Positions 42,484 through 54,548 of a DNA stretch of 64,000 nt are shown piece after piece. How positions within the stretch are numbered: position 1 is the stretch's first letter; every line of letters starts with the position of its first letter. The notes beneath the pieces are model-generated. The model searched no databases, was not told the DNA's origin, and saw only the letters and a program-made list of their open reading frames with translations. The position numbers and the translations under genes were made by a program. Source of the DNA: Antedon mediterranea (taxonomy: Eukaryota; Animalia; Echinodermata); NCBI RefSeq assembly GCF_964355755.1, contig NC_092674.1, positions 16,554,001 to 16,618,000 on the forward strand, written 5' to 3'.

Positions 42484-43060
42484 CTAGAATTTAATTCCTC
42501 ACTTTGACGAATTATAGGTGATCATTGATTTTGATTTTTTAATACTCTGCGCAAAAGCAACATCCACGTATGTTAATAATACTATAAGAAATTCAAAATA
42601 TTCAAAATAGATATCTTTTTACACAAATTTGCATTAAATTTCCCTTTGGAGAGCGCATTATTACCTACACGTGTGTCGTTATTTGACATTTAGAGGACAT
42701 GGAATGAAAGCAATATATCACATAGGGTATATATAAAGAACAAATAATTACTGTAAAAATGAACTTTTTACATTATTTACATGCTATGCGCACAGAAATA
42801 TAGGTGCATGCCGTTAACAAAATTGGAAAAATTGTCTGAATGATGCTCTTAGGTGTTAGAAATTGATTTTCAGAAATTTTCTAATATTTTGAAGCGCGAT
42901 TGTGCGCAAAGTTTCCTGCGTACGCATCCTTTTTTTTGTGCTTATAATTATATGATGACCCTTGACATGAAGCTTATGTGTAGTGAATTTAATTGAATGA
43001 TATCTTATGATAGTTACAAAAATAGGATGGATAATGTGAATTCACAAAATGGCGTCTCTA
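42484..43060 (-). mobile_element. Partial Helentron-type element
   Basis: CTAG, hairpin and AGGTGATCA end at 42484; family-like sequence near 42880-43055 (tgtgaattcacaaaatggcgt). Confidence 0.6.
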
Positions 43061-43257
43061 TGTAGCCGTGTGCAGTCGTTCTAAGCCGCCTATAGCAACG
43101 ACATTTTGCCGATCAATAAGATCCATATCTGGCCTAGCTTATGCATCAAAACTATTAAAATTCAACATTTTACCTACCACATTAAAAACTCAAACTTTAA
43201 TAAACAATACATTATAAATAAATAAATAGTAAACTGAAAGTTAGAAATACTGCTAGT

Positions 43258-44060
43258 ATTTATTTATTTATTTATTTATTTATTCTTTCTTTATTCTGCA
43301 GGCACTTTCAGTACTAGTGCATTGATTTCCAAAGTGGTACAGTAATTGAAAATATAACAAACATAATAAAAAAAAAAAAAGAGTAATTGAAATATACATT
43401 AAAAATAGTAATCAATTTTAGAAAACAAAAAATTCAGTTAAAAATATTGAGTACTAATTGTATTTTGGAATGAAGTTATTGAAAAATCTTTAAAGTTAAT
43501 TTTTAATTCATTTGGAAGTTCATCCAGCTTTTAGATGAACGATAAGTAAAGGTTTTTTTGCCTTGACAAATGTTCCAGGTGGGGACAACTAAATTGTTAT
43601 GGCTTTGGCTTCGTGTGCCTTTAGAATGGGTAGTGTTATTAAAAGGCCTTTTTGAGGTCAAATATGGAGGAGCACACCCTTTTAAACACTTGAAAGTCAT
43701 TAATAATAATTTTTCATTGCAGAGTACATTTAGTCTGTTCCAGCCAAGGTTATTTAAAATAAAATCAATTGAGGTCTTAATATCAACAGAAAGCAAAATT
43801 CTACCTAATCTATTCATGAGTACTTGTAAACAATTAGTATTTTGAACAATACAATTAGACCATACACAACAACAATAATAAAAAAGGGGAAAAACAAGAG
43901 CGTTGACTAACATTTTAAGCGTATATGACGGAAGAAAACATTTTACACGCCGGATGACACAAATACGTTTTGAAACATTTGAGGATACCTTGCTTATGTG
44001 ATCATTCCAATTTAATTGCGGATCAAATGTGACCCCAAGATATTTAAAAGAGTCAACTCG
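43258..44060 (-). mobile_element. 3' fragment of a CR1/L2-group (Crack-like) LINE
   Basis: Minus strand reads DSFKYLGVTFDPQLNWNDHISKV...MLVNALVFPLFYYCCCVWSNC...KKTFTYRSSKSW; (TAAA)n tail at about 43258-43284. Confidence 0.8.
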
Positions 44061-46042
44061 TCGCCAAAGAAAGAGGCCTAAAAAGTGCTTGTAACACGAA
44101 ATTTTAAATGCTATTTTTTGAACATCGCGATTATAAACTGAAAGTGAACTTGCAAAATATTCAACAGTAGTAACGTATTAAAATAAAGCAAGATGAACAA
44201 CTCTAAATTATGTAAAAACGTAATTTATTGGGATTTACGACAAAGCAATGTTAAATCAATGCGTTTCGGCCCAAGAAGGAAGACTTTTTAGACGGCTTGC
44301 AACATGCGCAGACGTATTCGAGATAGCCCACAGTTATTCCTTCTAGCTTACTCAATAAAACTCGGCTAAAAACTCCATTTTAAACAAAGGGTCTTATCAG
44401 ATCTCCCTATGTAATTTTATAAATACTATTCCCCACAATATACTGCAATGCTTTATGGCGTATATTTAATTTTATCTTTATTAATTTGCAGTATATTTTT
44501 TATTTTTTAACTACTGTACCTTCACGCGCGCGGTCCGAAAACAAACAAAAAACTAAAATGGCTATAGCCACTAAGGCGTGATCTACAAATTATTTCAGAC
44601 CACAAATCAGCGTCCAGACGCGTTTTCTATTGTTTACCCAAAAACGCGTCTCAAAACCCGTCTGATTTGGCTGCGTCTAGACGCCAATATGCATGTTCGA
44701 CTTTGGCCCCGCCCCTATTATACGGCTGACTGCACATTCTTGGTTCTGTGTACTGGTGGTGTGGTATTAAGCCCGTTTTCCTGTCGACGTTATTCGACAC
44801 TATATTGTCGGACGATCGTTTGAAAACGATCAAGTTGAAAATAACTTTATATTAGCATTTGACTCCATGCTTTGACATATTTTAATTAGTTTGTGATATT
44901 ATTTAGTGTTGCGGATGTTCTTTTTGTAAAAAACCAATAAGAAAATATCCACAATATCCGATTTTAATTTTAAGCACATAATTGTAGATTTTTTTGTTTG
45001 TAATGTGGTATCCACTGTATCGGTCGTGCAGCGCACAACACATAACAAGCGGTAAAGACAACGAATCAGTATTCGTCGCCTTTGACATAGTTTGACGTGT
45101 ACTGGTTTGACCTTGTTTCAGGCCTTTGAATTGCGTATGCAGTATCGCCCGCCGCCCGCACAACCGGCGGTAAGACAAACAAATCAGTACTGGTATACCC
45201 TTTTACAGAGTATACTATAAAGCGCAAATTTTAGTTTTTATTCGCAACCTTTCATTTTTGCGATTTTATTTTTCTTGTGCTAAAGAGTGAATTTACCACA
45301 TGCAAAAAAACGTAAAAAAACATGGAATCACTCAAACTATTGACCTAGGCCTAGCTAGTCTGCTGCGTGCTAGTCTATCTTAACATCCATCGTGGACAGA
45401 CCTTGGTTGGTCTTGTCTAGGCCTAGCAAGATAGCTAGGCTAATTTAGGCGAACCCAGTTAATTAGGCACGTACGATCGATCTTCTAGCTAGGTTAGGGC
45501 AGGTCTCTAGGCCTAGCCAGGGTATCAGGAATAACCGCTAGTTATGATAGGCCTATGCTATGTGTTCATTTTGTTGTTGTATGGTTTAGACGATTCCATT
45601 TTCATAAGGGATGGTCATAACATCATGGAAATTACAATACAGTAATGTAGGCCTGCTGTTCATTTATTAATTACCTATATAAATGGTACTTCCGTGCGAT
45701 TGTCTATATTCCCACGGTGTTGCTGGTAGGCCTACATGTACGTTGAATTGTAACCATGGAAATGGTGTCAGTAAGATGATTTTTATGATTCGTAAGACAG
45801 TTTAATACAGAAATGAATATTGGAAATTAAAAGTGGGAACAATTTATTATTTTATTAATATTTTACTCATATTATAACGATGATTTTGAAAGACAAAATT
45901 TACAATTTTATCTTATCTTATAATCTTTTTTTTTTCAAACAATTTAAACAGCAATCGAATCGTAAAGAAAATATGAATAACAGTGTATTTATTTACATTG
46001 ATTTAAAAAAAACAACTTAAATACTACAGTATATACAAACAA

Positions 46043-48008
46043 TTAAATCTGGCGACACGAACGGCATTTGCCATTGACGGCTTCTTTCAGGGCTCTTTCT
46101 TGTGTTGTAGTCGAACCGGGAAATACAGTTTCCACTTCTATGAAAATACCTTTCATTCTTGTTGGAGATAGTGGTGCCCACTCTACTCGATTACCATTTA
46201 ATTTCGTAGCTTTTCCATGTAGATTTGATTTAGCTAATTCTTCGACTGTAAATAGTTTTCTAAGAAGCAGTCTCGTCAGGGCTGTTGCTGTATGGCCAGA
46301 TGCAATGCACGTTCTGTAAACATCTTTGTTTAATGGTACTTTGCCACCAACCATTACTAGACCGTCTGGCCCAGCGGTTCGGGTCACGGGATGGTTGTTG
46401 AATAGCCGTCTGTTGACTTTAGCTGGTTGATGTAGTTGAGCTGGTTGATGATGTATTTGAGTTGGTAGAGGTATATGAGCTGGTGGATGAGTATCAGCTG
46501 GTGAATGTAGATGAGTATCAGTTGGTGAATGTGGACTAATATGAGCTGGTGAACTATGTTGTTGTTGCATGTTTAATAACTCCTTCTGATTTTGAAGTAT
46601 TTGTAAAAGCATCTCTTCAACTCGAGCTTGTCGTGACGCCAACTGCTCTAACAACTCTCCGTGATTGCAAACATCTGTTAATAATTATAAAAGATTAATG
46701 TACATGTACATATTTCTTATTTTTTTAAAAATAAATTTAAACAAAAATTGTAATTTAGGCCTAAAGCAAAAAATAGCCAAATTATTTGTCAAGGCAGTTG
46801 GTTACTAATTAGCTAAAGGCTTCTAAGTGAAATCAATAAAAAAAAAAAACCTGCAAAATGGCATATAAAGTCTGATTTTTAGTAATCAATGTGTTAAGTT
46901 TTTAAGGGGCAGATTTAGTTAGTTAATTTTCACTGGCGACACAATCTTAAAATACTATTACTATGGGGTATACCATTTTGTAAAATAATTAGAATTAAAT
47001 AATTATAGTCAGTGTTACAAAAATTCAAATGTAATTTATATATCGAAAGTATGTCAGAATATGAATGAAAATATGCAATAATGTAAACAAGACATTTGTA
47101 TATTATTAAACAAAATTAATATTGTTCGTTAGTAGTCATCGGGTCGATTTGTACAATACACGAAGAGATAAAATTGGATGCGTGTGTTGGAAGAACAAAA
47201 TAAAAACAATTTACTTACGACGAATTCCCATCGCTTCGTTTAAGAAATCGTGGATGATACTGTCATCATTGCTAAGAGTAGCGTCTGGTGCAGAATCTGG
47301 TTCAGCGTCTGGTGCAGAATCTGGTGCAGTTTCAACAACACATCGACGTTTTTTTAGTGGTGCTGCATTGTCATCTAAAAAAAGTCAATGTTAAATAAAA
47401 TGTAACAACATATATTACATAGGGCAATACCGTACATAAACATCTACATTATTATGGAACATATTTTATTTTTTGAATATGTACACAACTGCAGTACGAT
47501 AGAAAAACATACTGTACACGTGTGTGCATCTATTATTAAAGGGATTTTATATTTCATCATATTTTGTGTGTACGGGCTTAAAATTGTGTCAAATGGTCAT
47601 TGCGAATGATGATATGTAAACACACTTTTAAAACGCAAAATCGTCCTAATGAATGGTGATAAAATGATGAGTAAAATCCACAAATGGAAACATTCGTCTT
47701 AAAAGACATAATAATTGCACAAGGCATACATATTCACTACAATTTAATATAATTAACTTACCATTGTTGTCAGCGTTGTTATTTTTGGTTTTCCAAAATT
47801 CGGCGTCTACTTTAATGAGAACATCGCTGTCATCGGACAGTTCCAAGATTTGGCATTTCAGGTTCTTTCCACTGAAAGTAATTTCCGCCACACTTTTAAT
47901 GTTTACGTCTCCACGAAGTTTTTTGGATGGCACAATGCTCGTGCTTTCATCGAACTCGAAATAAACTAAGGCAAACTCTGGATTCCTTGATAAGCGACGG
48001 CGACTCAT
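46043..48008 (-). CDS. BEN-domain protein, spliced: complement join(48008-47762,47374-47219,46674-46043), 344 aa
   Basis: Two phase-1 GT-AG introns (GTAAGT donors) give an uninterrupted frame. N-terminal FALVYFEFDESTSIVP...ILELSDD globular segment, NLS-like PLKKRR, coiled-coil-like LLEQLASRQARVEEMLLQILQNQKELL, His/Pro linker, and a C-terminal BEN-like segment TALTRLLLRKLFTVEELAKSNLHG...PLSP...AVNGKCR. Confidence 0.82.
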
Positions 48009-48330
48009 GATTTACTATGATATTTGACGAATTTAATATTTGATGTATCTAAGGCAATTGCAGAAAGAGAAGTGAATTTAATAGCTGCTTAGAGCCTTTT
48101 TATTTAGGTATACAGGGAGTTGTAGGAACTCCCTTGTTTGTGCATTGAAAGCCGTTTCAATTAATTTGCTTATATACAATTAAAAGCTAGCACCTATTTT
48201 TTTTTATAGAACAGCAACACCCAATTCAATTAAGAGTGAACAAAAGCGTTGATTTATGGTTTTAGCAACGCCTTGGCCTATGCAAAAACAAATTCAGTAT
48301 ACTATTATTATACTATTGTTACTATTCAAG
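48009..48330. promoter_or_regulatory. Putative bidirectional promoter region between the BEN gene and the transposase
   Basis: About 320 bp between two head-to-head start codons; central 8-bp-stem palindrome AGGGAGTT-gtagg-AACTCCCT at 48114-48134. Function is inferred from position only. Confidence 0.45.
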
Positions 48331-50450
48331 ATGTTATCAAGTCCACGTTCTCCGAATTTTTCTTCAAAACTAGCCTCGGGCAATTACTTTAGAACCAAGA
48401 AAACAAAATGCATATCAAATATTAAACCAGTTGGTCGTCCGTCCATTACGTCAAAATTTCCATATATGATCACTGTTGCAAGGCAATTTGTAGAAAACAA
48501 CGGGTTTGAAGCCCATAGGAGACGGCAGTCTACCACAGGCCTTTGTGGTACTGGGTTGAAGGAGCTACGAAGGCACCTGCTACAAGAAATCGAAGGACTT
48601 CGCGATCAACATCCACAATTTAGTAAGTACAGTATAAATGTTTTGAGAACGAAAGTTGACAATATTTACTGCTTTTTATTATACATTTTATTGTTTAAAT
48701 TTGTTTAGTTAGTTTTTAGTTTTAAAATATAAATTGAAAAAAATTAAGTTTGACAGCAACAAAATTTATTTTTTCATACAATTTAAATTACAGTATATAT
48801 ATAGATATTCTTCAGATGATTAGCAGATTACTTTTATTGTAATTGTTTTACAATTTGTTTTTTTATATTATCATTGCCCACATCGTTTTTATATTATTTC
48901 CTGCTTCAAGTTATTCAATTGTTTTTGTAGGTGTTGATACTGTTCATAAAATGTTCAAAAGTCCACATGAAGGGAGAAAAACCTCTGCGCGTTACAAAGG
49001 AAACATTAATGCAAAAGTCCCACCTAAAGACAACTCAAAGATGAAGGAGAATCCAAATGGACACTTCTACAGCGCCCGTGTAAAGTATTGCCTTCAACTG
49101 TCTGCTAGCTACCCAGCTAATTGTTGCGTGTTTTCAGTGGACAACAAGAACAAAATTAAAATTGGTATGTAAATTAAGTGCTTTTTAATCTAAATCACGG
49201 TATTCACAATTTAAACACAGTCTAATTTTTGAAACACGCCATTTTTACAAAAAGTTTGCCCTTGATATAAATTAAACTTTTACCAAGTGTATATTACCAA
49301 ATATATTTATTATTTAGGATCGGATGTTCTTGCAGTGGATAGACACATAAGCATACGCCGTTTTTTCCCGTGCAACGACAAACCTATATACAGTGATCAT
49401 GACTTCCCTTCACGTGCTGGCAACTTGGTTACTCCATGCGGGTATATGAAGCTTACTCTACCGAACCCTCCTGAAAATACATCAGATAAGCATGGTCGTA
49501 AGGAACTTAAAGTTCATCGAAGTGGACCAGTGACGATAGTTAATAGAGGACCGATGACAAAATGTACCATTGCCTCGCATATAAACGACTTGTTACCTTT
49601 AGTGATAAATGAAGTTCATAACGGCAAAACGATAGTTTCTATTATTGCAGATGGCGGTGGGGATTTCAACACTGGACACCATACGAATCTTCTGTATTAT
49701 GCAAGGCTTTTCCGAAAAACTGCACTGGATGCCCTAATAGTTACCGCTTACGCTCCTGGTCAATCGGCATTCAACATGATCGAACATGTATGGGGAGCAT
49801 GTACGGCAGCCCTGACATCTGTTTCCATACCAGATAAACTTCCCGGAGAAACACTCTGTCCATGGCAACAAGGTCTATCAGAAGACGAGCAACAACAGAA
49901 GGAGTGCAGAATGTACGACATTGCGATGCAGACTCTTGGCAACTATTTAAGTAATGTGGAGTTTGGGGGGCTTCCGATTAATGTTCAGTATATTCCCTCG
50001 TCGGGCCAGGAACTACCATATGCTGATTATAATGAGGTTTATGCCGTAATGTCGAGTAACAGTGGTAAAGTCTACAGAGAAAGTCAACTACAGGATGAGG
50101 TTAACTTTATGCTTAAACATATAGATAAACGCATAGGATTTATTTCATTTATCAAATGTTTAGACAATACTTGTTCTCACTGCACAGCTAATCCAATTAT
50201 TGCCAACGATATATTACGACCGATAATTCAGGCTGGGGGGTTTCCATCTCCAATGTGCAATGAGAAAGGGGACCATTACTTGACTTTCAATGAAGTTATT
50301 GGTCTACCATCATGGGACACAACCGACATGGCAATGCGTGCGCCTGTCGGTCGGTGTCGCTTTTGCCCATCATACACTTTTAGCAGCAATGCAGAGGTAA
50401 CATCACACAGAAGAAAATATCACCCAAGACAAGATGTTTTAAAAGAATAG
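48331..50450 (+). CDS. Zator-type DDE transposase, spliced: join(48331-48622,48931-49164,49318-50450), 552 aa (start could instead be 48256)
   Basis: Three ORFs join in frame through two phase-1 GT-AG introns with no stop. Motifs SVDNKNKIKIG (D1), SDHDF, ADGGGDFN (D2) and APGQSAFNMIEH (E), with 43 residues between D2 and E (DD43E), as in Zator. CxxxxCxxC motif and a C-terminal C2H2-like finger CRFC...HRRKYH. Confidence 0.88.
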
Positions 50451-50454
50451 GCAA

Positions 50455-50752
50455 TGTTTTGAAATGAAAAGGTTATATGTAAATATGTGTATTATAAAGA
50501 TATGTTTTGAAATTGTCATTTTTAGTATACAGAGTAATAGACCTATAAATAATTATATATGCTTCTAAATTAAATATTGCATTTTTTTTGTGTTAATATG
50601 TTTTTTAAATGAAAAGGTTATATGTAAATATGTGTATATAAAGATATGTTTTGAAATTGTCATTTTTAGTATACAGAGTAGGCCTAATATACCTATAAAT
50701 AATGATATATGCTTCTAAATTAAATATGTATTTGCATTTTTGTTTGTGTTAA
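50455..50752 (+). repeat. ~145-bp tandem duplication just downstream of the transposase stop
   Basis: aaatgaaaaggttatatgtaaatatgtgtat... starts at 50462 and again at 50607, nearly identical. Confidence 0.85.
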
Positions 50753-52186
50753 TCATAAATAAATAAATAAGTCTTCTTGAAATTGTAATTATTTCTACTT
50801 ATTTGTCTATATACGAAAATAACGTTTAAATCCCGTTTAAAAAAATTGTTTTCATTCAGTTTGCCGACGACATTTTTTTTGGGCTTTGATATGAAATATG
50901 AATCAATACCTCTTACGATTGACGATTTAGTGACGCTTATCAGCATGTTAACGCGGGTTTCAATCATGACTTGATTCGTGTTAACGCGAATTGGCGCGAA
51001 GTAGCAAGATAGTACAGTAGGTAATGCAACGCAACGATTTACTGTCACTCTCGCTCGCGATCAATTAGGCCTAGCATCAGGTAAATTTCGGTTATTTTTA
51101 CATTTTGCCAGAGACATGGATGATTATGCGTTTGTCGGGGAATATAATATACAGTAAAAATCGTTCGCGTTCACTTCGTAGCTTCAGCGCCTAGAAAACC
51201 ATTACATTCCTTTGACCGTAAGTAGACCTACGTCAGAGGGATATTATGCACTTTATATGCATTCATTATTGCCAGCGATCTAACTACTAAACAAAATAGC
51301 TAGGTAGTACGCACTTGTCTGGCGGTGTCCCTTTGTACGAATCGTTCAGCGTTGGGTCCACACGCGCGATATCATGTTCCATCCAGGGACCAAAATGTGT
51401 ACTGTAGTTACTTTCCAGGCGAAGTTTACAGACGGTTAATTACTTCGTGTACGATCCAATGGGAAAAAACCTCGTTTGTGGGTTTTACGTTTCCGGCCGT
51501 TGTGTGCATAAACTTGTATACGCAGATATATTTTCTTTGCTAGTGTGCCACTGTTTTAAAAGTGTAGATTTCCAAACAAATTATTAATAATAATTCATTT
51601 TTTGTACTGTAGTATGTATTACATTTTTTTGTAATTCGCAGATTTAAGTGATGTTAACTAATAATTAACGTTTTGACCTAAACAATGATAAGCTTGTTGG
51701 TTAATTAACAACATAGGTGGTAATACGCGTCTTCTATCTATTGTTTCACCATACAAGCAATACAGACGGGTTTTAATCACTCAGACGCGTTTTCTATTGT
51801 TTTACCTACTAACAGCGAAGACGGGTTTCAATCACACAGACGCGTCTTCACCGCGATTGGGTAGCTCATGAATATTCATAATAGATCGTTAATGAGGTTC
51901 AGCATTGGACAGACGCGTCTGATGAGTGGCAAGTTTCCAGACGCGTCTCTGTGGTCTGAAATAATTTGTAGATGACGCCTAACGGCCAACAATAGTTGAA
52001 ACCAAGAAGTTTCAAGGTGAACCTGTGAACTCATCGTGAGCCCGGAAATTACTTTGACCCGCGTACAATTGAAATTTAATTGAAAATCTACTGATGAAAT
52101 CAGAAATTTTGTTATAAAACCCTTTATAATTCAATTCACTTTTATTTCAGACCAAAGTCCATATCATAACAAATAACAATATTCAA

Positions 52187-53584
52187 CTAGAATTTAATTC
52201 GTCACTTTGACGAATTATAGGTGATCATTTTTATCATTTTAATGAAATTAATATTTTTTAAACATGCACGTACGTTAACATACGACCGTAAAAAGCTGAT
52301 GTACGCCATCCTATGACATGATGCATATACACTTATAGTGCTGAGTTGTACCTATTATGTACAGTATATACTTTATATCTATATACAGTGTAGCATAGGT
52401 GAAATTACTGGACCCACATCATGTTCAAATTTTTCGGTATGATGGAATTATCAAAATAAACTCGAAGATGACAATTTCGAAAGATAATGAATTGAGCAAA
52501 TAAATATAAGGATTGGAAGAAAATTTGACACGTAGAAGCGCAATGCGCGCTCTTTGAAATTTGTATAACTTCGACTAAAGAAATTTAAAAACAACGTTTT
52601 AACTTCAACTGGCCATATGATAACATCAAAATAAAAATGTTGACAACTCCTGAGAAAGATAATTAATTGAGCAAGCACATACTAAAACTTCTGCGAAAAT
52701 CGACCTAAAATAACGGAGATGCGCTCTATTGAATGTGATAACCCATACAAAAAGATAAAAATTACTAATTTTTAAATTGAAGTGGCCATTTGATGACGTC
52801 ATACCATTTTGTACGTCTAATGTGTACATGAATATGTATCTACAACCCAATGGCTTCCCGAATAACTTAAAAAAATTGGGGGTCACCTGCCATTCTGAAG
52901 AGTTATATTCATTTTAAAAAGGCCTTATTTTTCACCTTTTTCATCACTTTGATGCAATTAATTTGCGCATTTTGACATTTTTAACCTGCTCGTATACCGT
53001 TATTTTAAGTCGGAACTGACTCAAATTTGGTGAATGTACTAAGGATGCTGAGTAGAATGCGATTTGTATAAAAAAATTGCATTTTTTACACTTTGTAAGT
53101 ATCGCGCGCGCAAAATAATTTTTTTGCGCAGTAATTTTTTGAAACACGCAAATGGCCTAATTCATGCTCTAAATTGATTAAAACGTAATTTTGAGCTTTT
53201 TAAATTTTTAATGCGCGATTTCACGCGCATGACCCTACGTGCGCGCGCGTTTTTATTTGCTAATATTTTTACCCTTGACCTGAAGTTTACGTGTAGTAAA
53301 TTTCATAAATACTGTATGTGATAATGAATTATGGATATATGATTGATAATGTGATTTCACAAAATGGCGTATACGTGACGTCACGGGTCAGTGATCACGC
53401 TGAAAAGCTTATTATGGCTAAGTTAAAGTATTTGAAAGACATTGTGATTTTTTTGTGATCATTGCCATTCAACTTTTTGAGATAATTGTTACACAAAAAG
53501 TGTACAGAAAGAATAAAAAAAAAAAAAATAATAAAGATTTCATACAATAACAATAGGTGATCATTTTATTCTAAATGATCACCT
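52187..53584 (-). mobile_element. Helentron-type non-autonomous element with both ends, internally deleted
   Basis: Same terminal structures as 39501-40944; lacks an internal segment near 52625. Confidence 0.82.
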
Positions 53585-53699
53585 AATAAATAGATGCAAG
53601 TAAAGTAGTATACCACATGTCGCACATAATAATGCCGTCGGAAAACCGTCGGTTTTCAACTAGGAGTGAAAAAAAACCACATTATTATGGCTATACTGA

Positions 53700-54548
53700 C
53701 ACAAGTTAACATACGTAAAAGTATGAATGAAATTATGTATACAGAAGTTCAATCCATTTTCTGTGCAACTTTGAATCTTTTAGAATTCGAGAAAAAACAC
53801 TTTTTTCAATTTTTGTTTTGAAACAAAAAATTTATTTCCGAATGTACTCATAGAAGGAGGGAACATGGTTATCAACAAACATTGCACTAGCACTACAGCT
53901 CCTTGAGCATCTTAAAATCTTTCTAAATGTGTTGTTATAACATACCTGTAAATGACTTCATAGTTTTTACATTAAAATCGCACCATAAGGCCGCACAATA
54001 CATACTAATACAGTATGACTTAAACAAAGTAATCTTAACATTCGTTGAGTATTTACTAAATTTTCTACAAAGAGAGTTTACCTCTAATACATAATGATCG
54101 ATATTGCCTTTTAATATCCAGTTCGTCCCTAGTATCATTACTATTATAACACAACCAAGGTAGGTAGTGGATTGAACGTAATTTAGTTCTTTACCACATA
54201 CAGTAGAACAGTATAATTACCATTCAGTTTTCTTTTCTTAGGGCAAAAGCACATGCAAATTGATTTTTTTAAAATTATATAATACATCAAAGTCATTAGC
54301 AAAATCCTCACATATGTTGACCTTCTTTTGGAGGGCATCTAAAGAGGGCGCAAGTAACACCATGTCGTCTGCATAACTTAAGTTGTTGAACTTTGTATTA
54401 TTGAGCTCACAACCAAAATTACAATCACTAAGCATACTGTTTAAATTGTCAATGTAAACATTATATATCAGAGGAGACATAACATCACCCTGTCTAATGC
54501 CATTGGTAACTTTAAAACCTGAAGACATAGAGTTACCCCATCTAACAA
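53700..54548 (-). mobile_element. Degenerate non-LTR retrotransposon RT fragment (Proto2-like)
   Basis: WGNSMSSGFKVTNGIRQGDVMSPLIYNVYID...LSYADDMVLLAPS, followed after frameshifts by KITLFKSYCISMYCAALW. Confidence 0.8.

Larger units (their letters stand above)
44575..51979 (+). mobile_element. Full-length Zator-type DNA transposon (7405 bp) carrying a transposase and a BEN-domain gene
   Basis: TIRs GGCGTGATCTACAAATTATTTCAGACCACA (44575-44604) and TGTGGTCTGAAATAATTTGTAGATGACGCC (51950-51979), 29/30 identical. TAA duplicated at 44572-44574 and 51980-51982. GG termini, a TWA TSD and ~30-bp TIRs fit Zator, as does the encoded transposase. Confidence 0.9.

Noticed and set aside
44575-51979. PIF/Harbinger assignment (GGC termini, TAA TSD, two genes)
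   Set aside because: The transposase lacks Harbinger motifs and has Zator-type DHDF, DGGxD and APGxSAFNxIE with DD43E spacing; the second protein looks BEN-like, not Myb/SANT.
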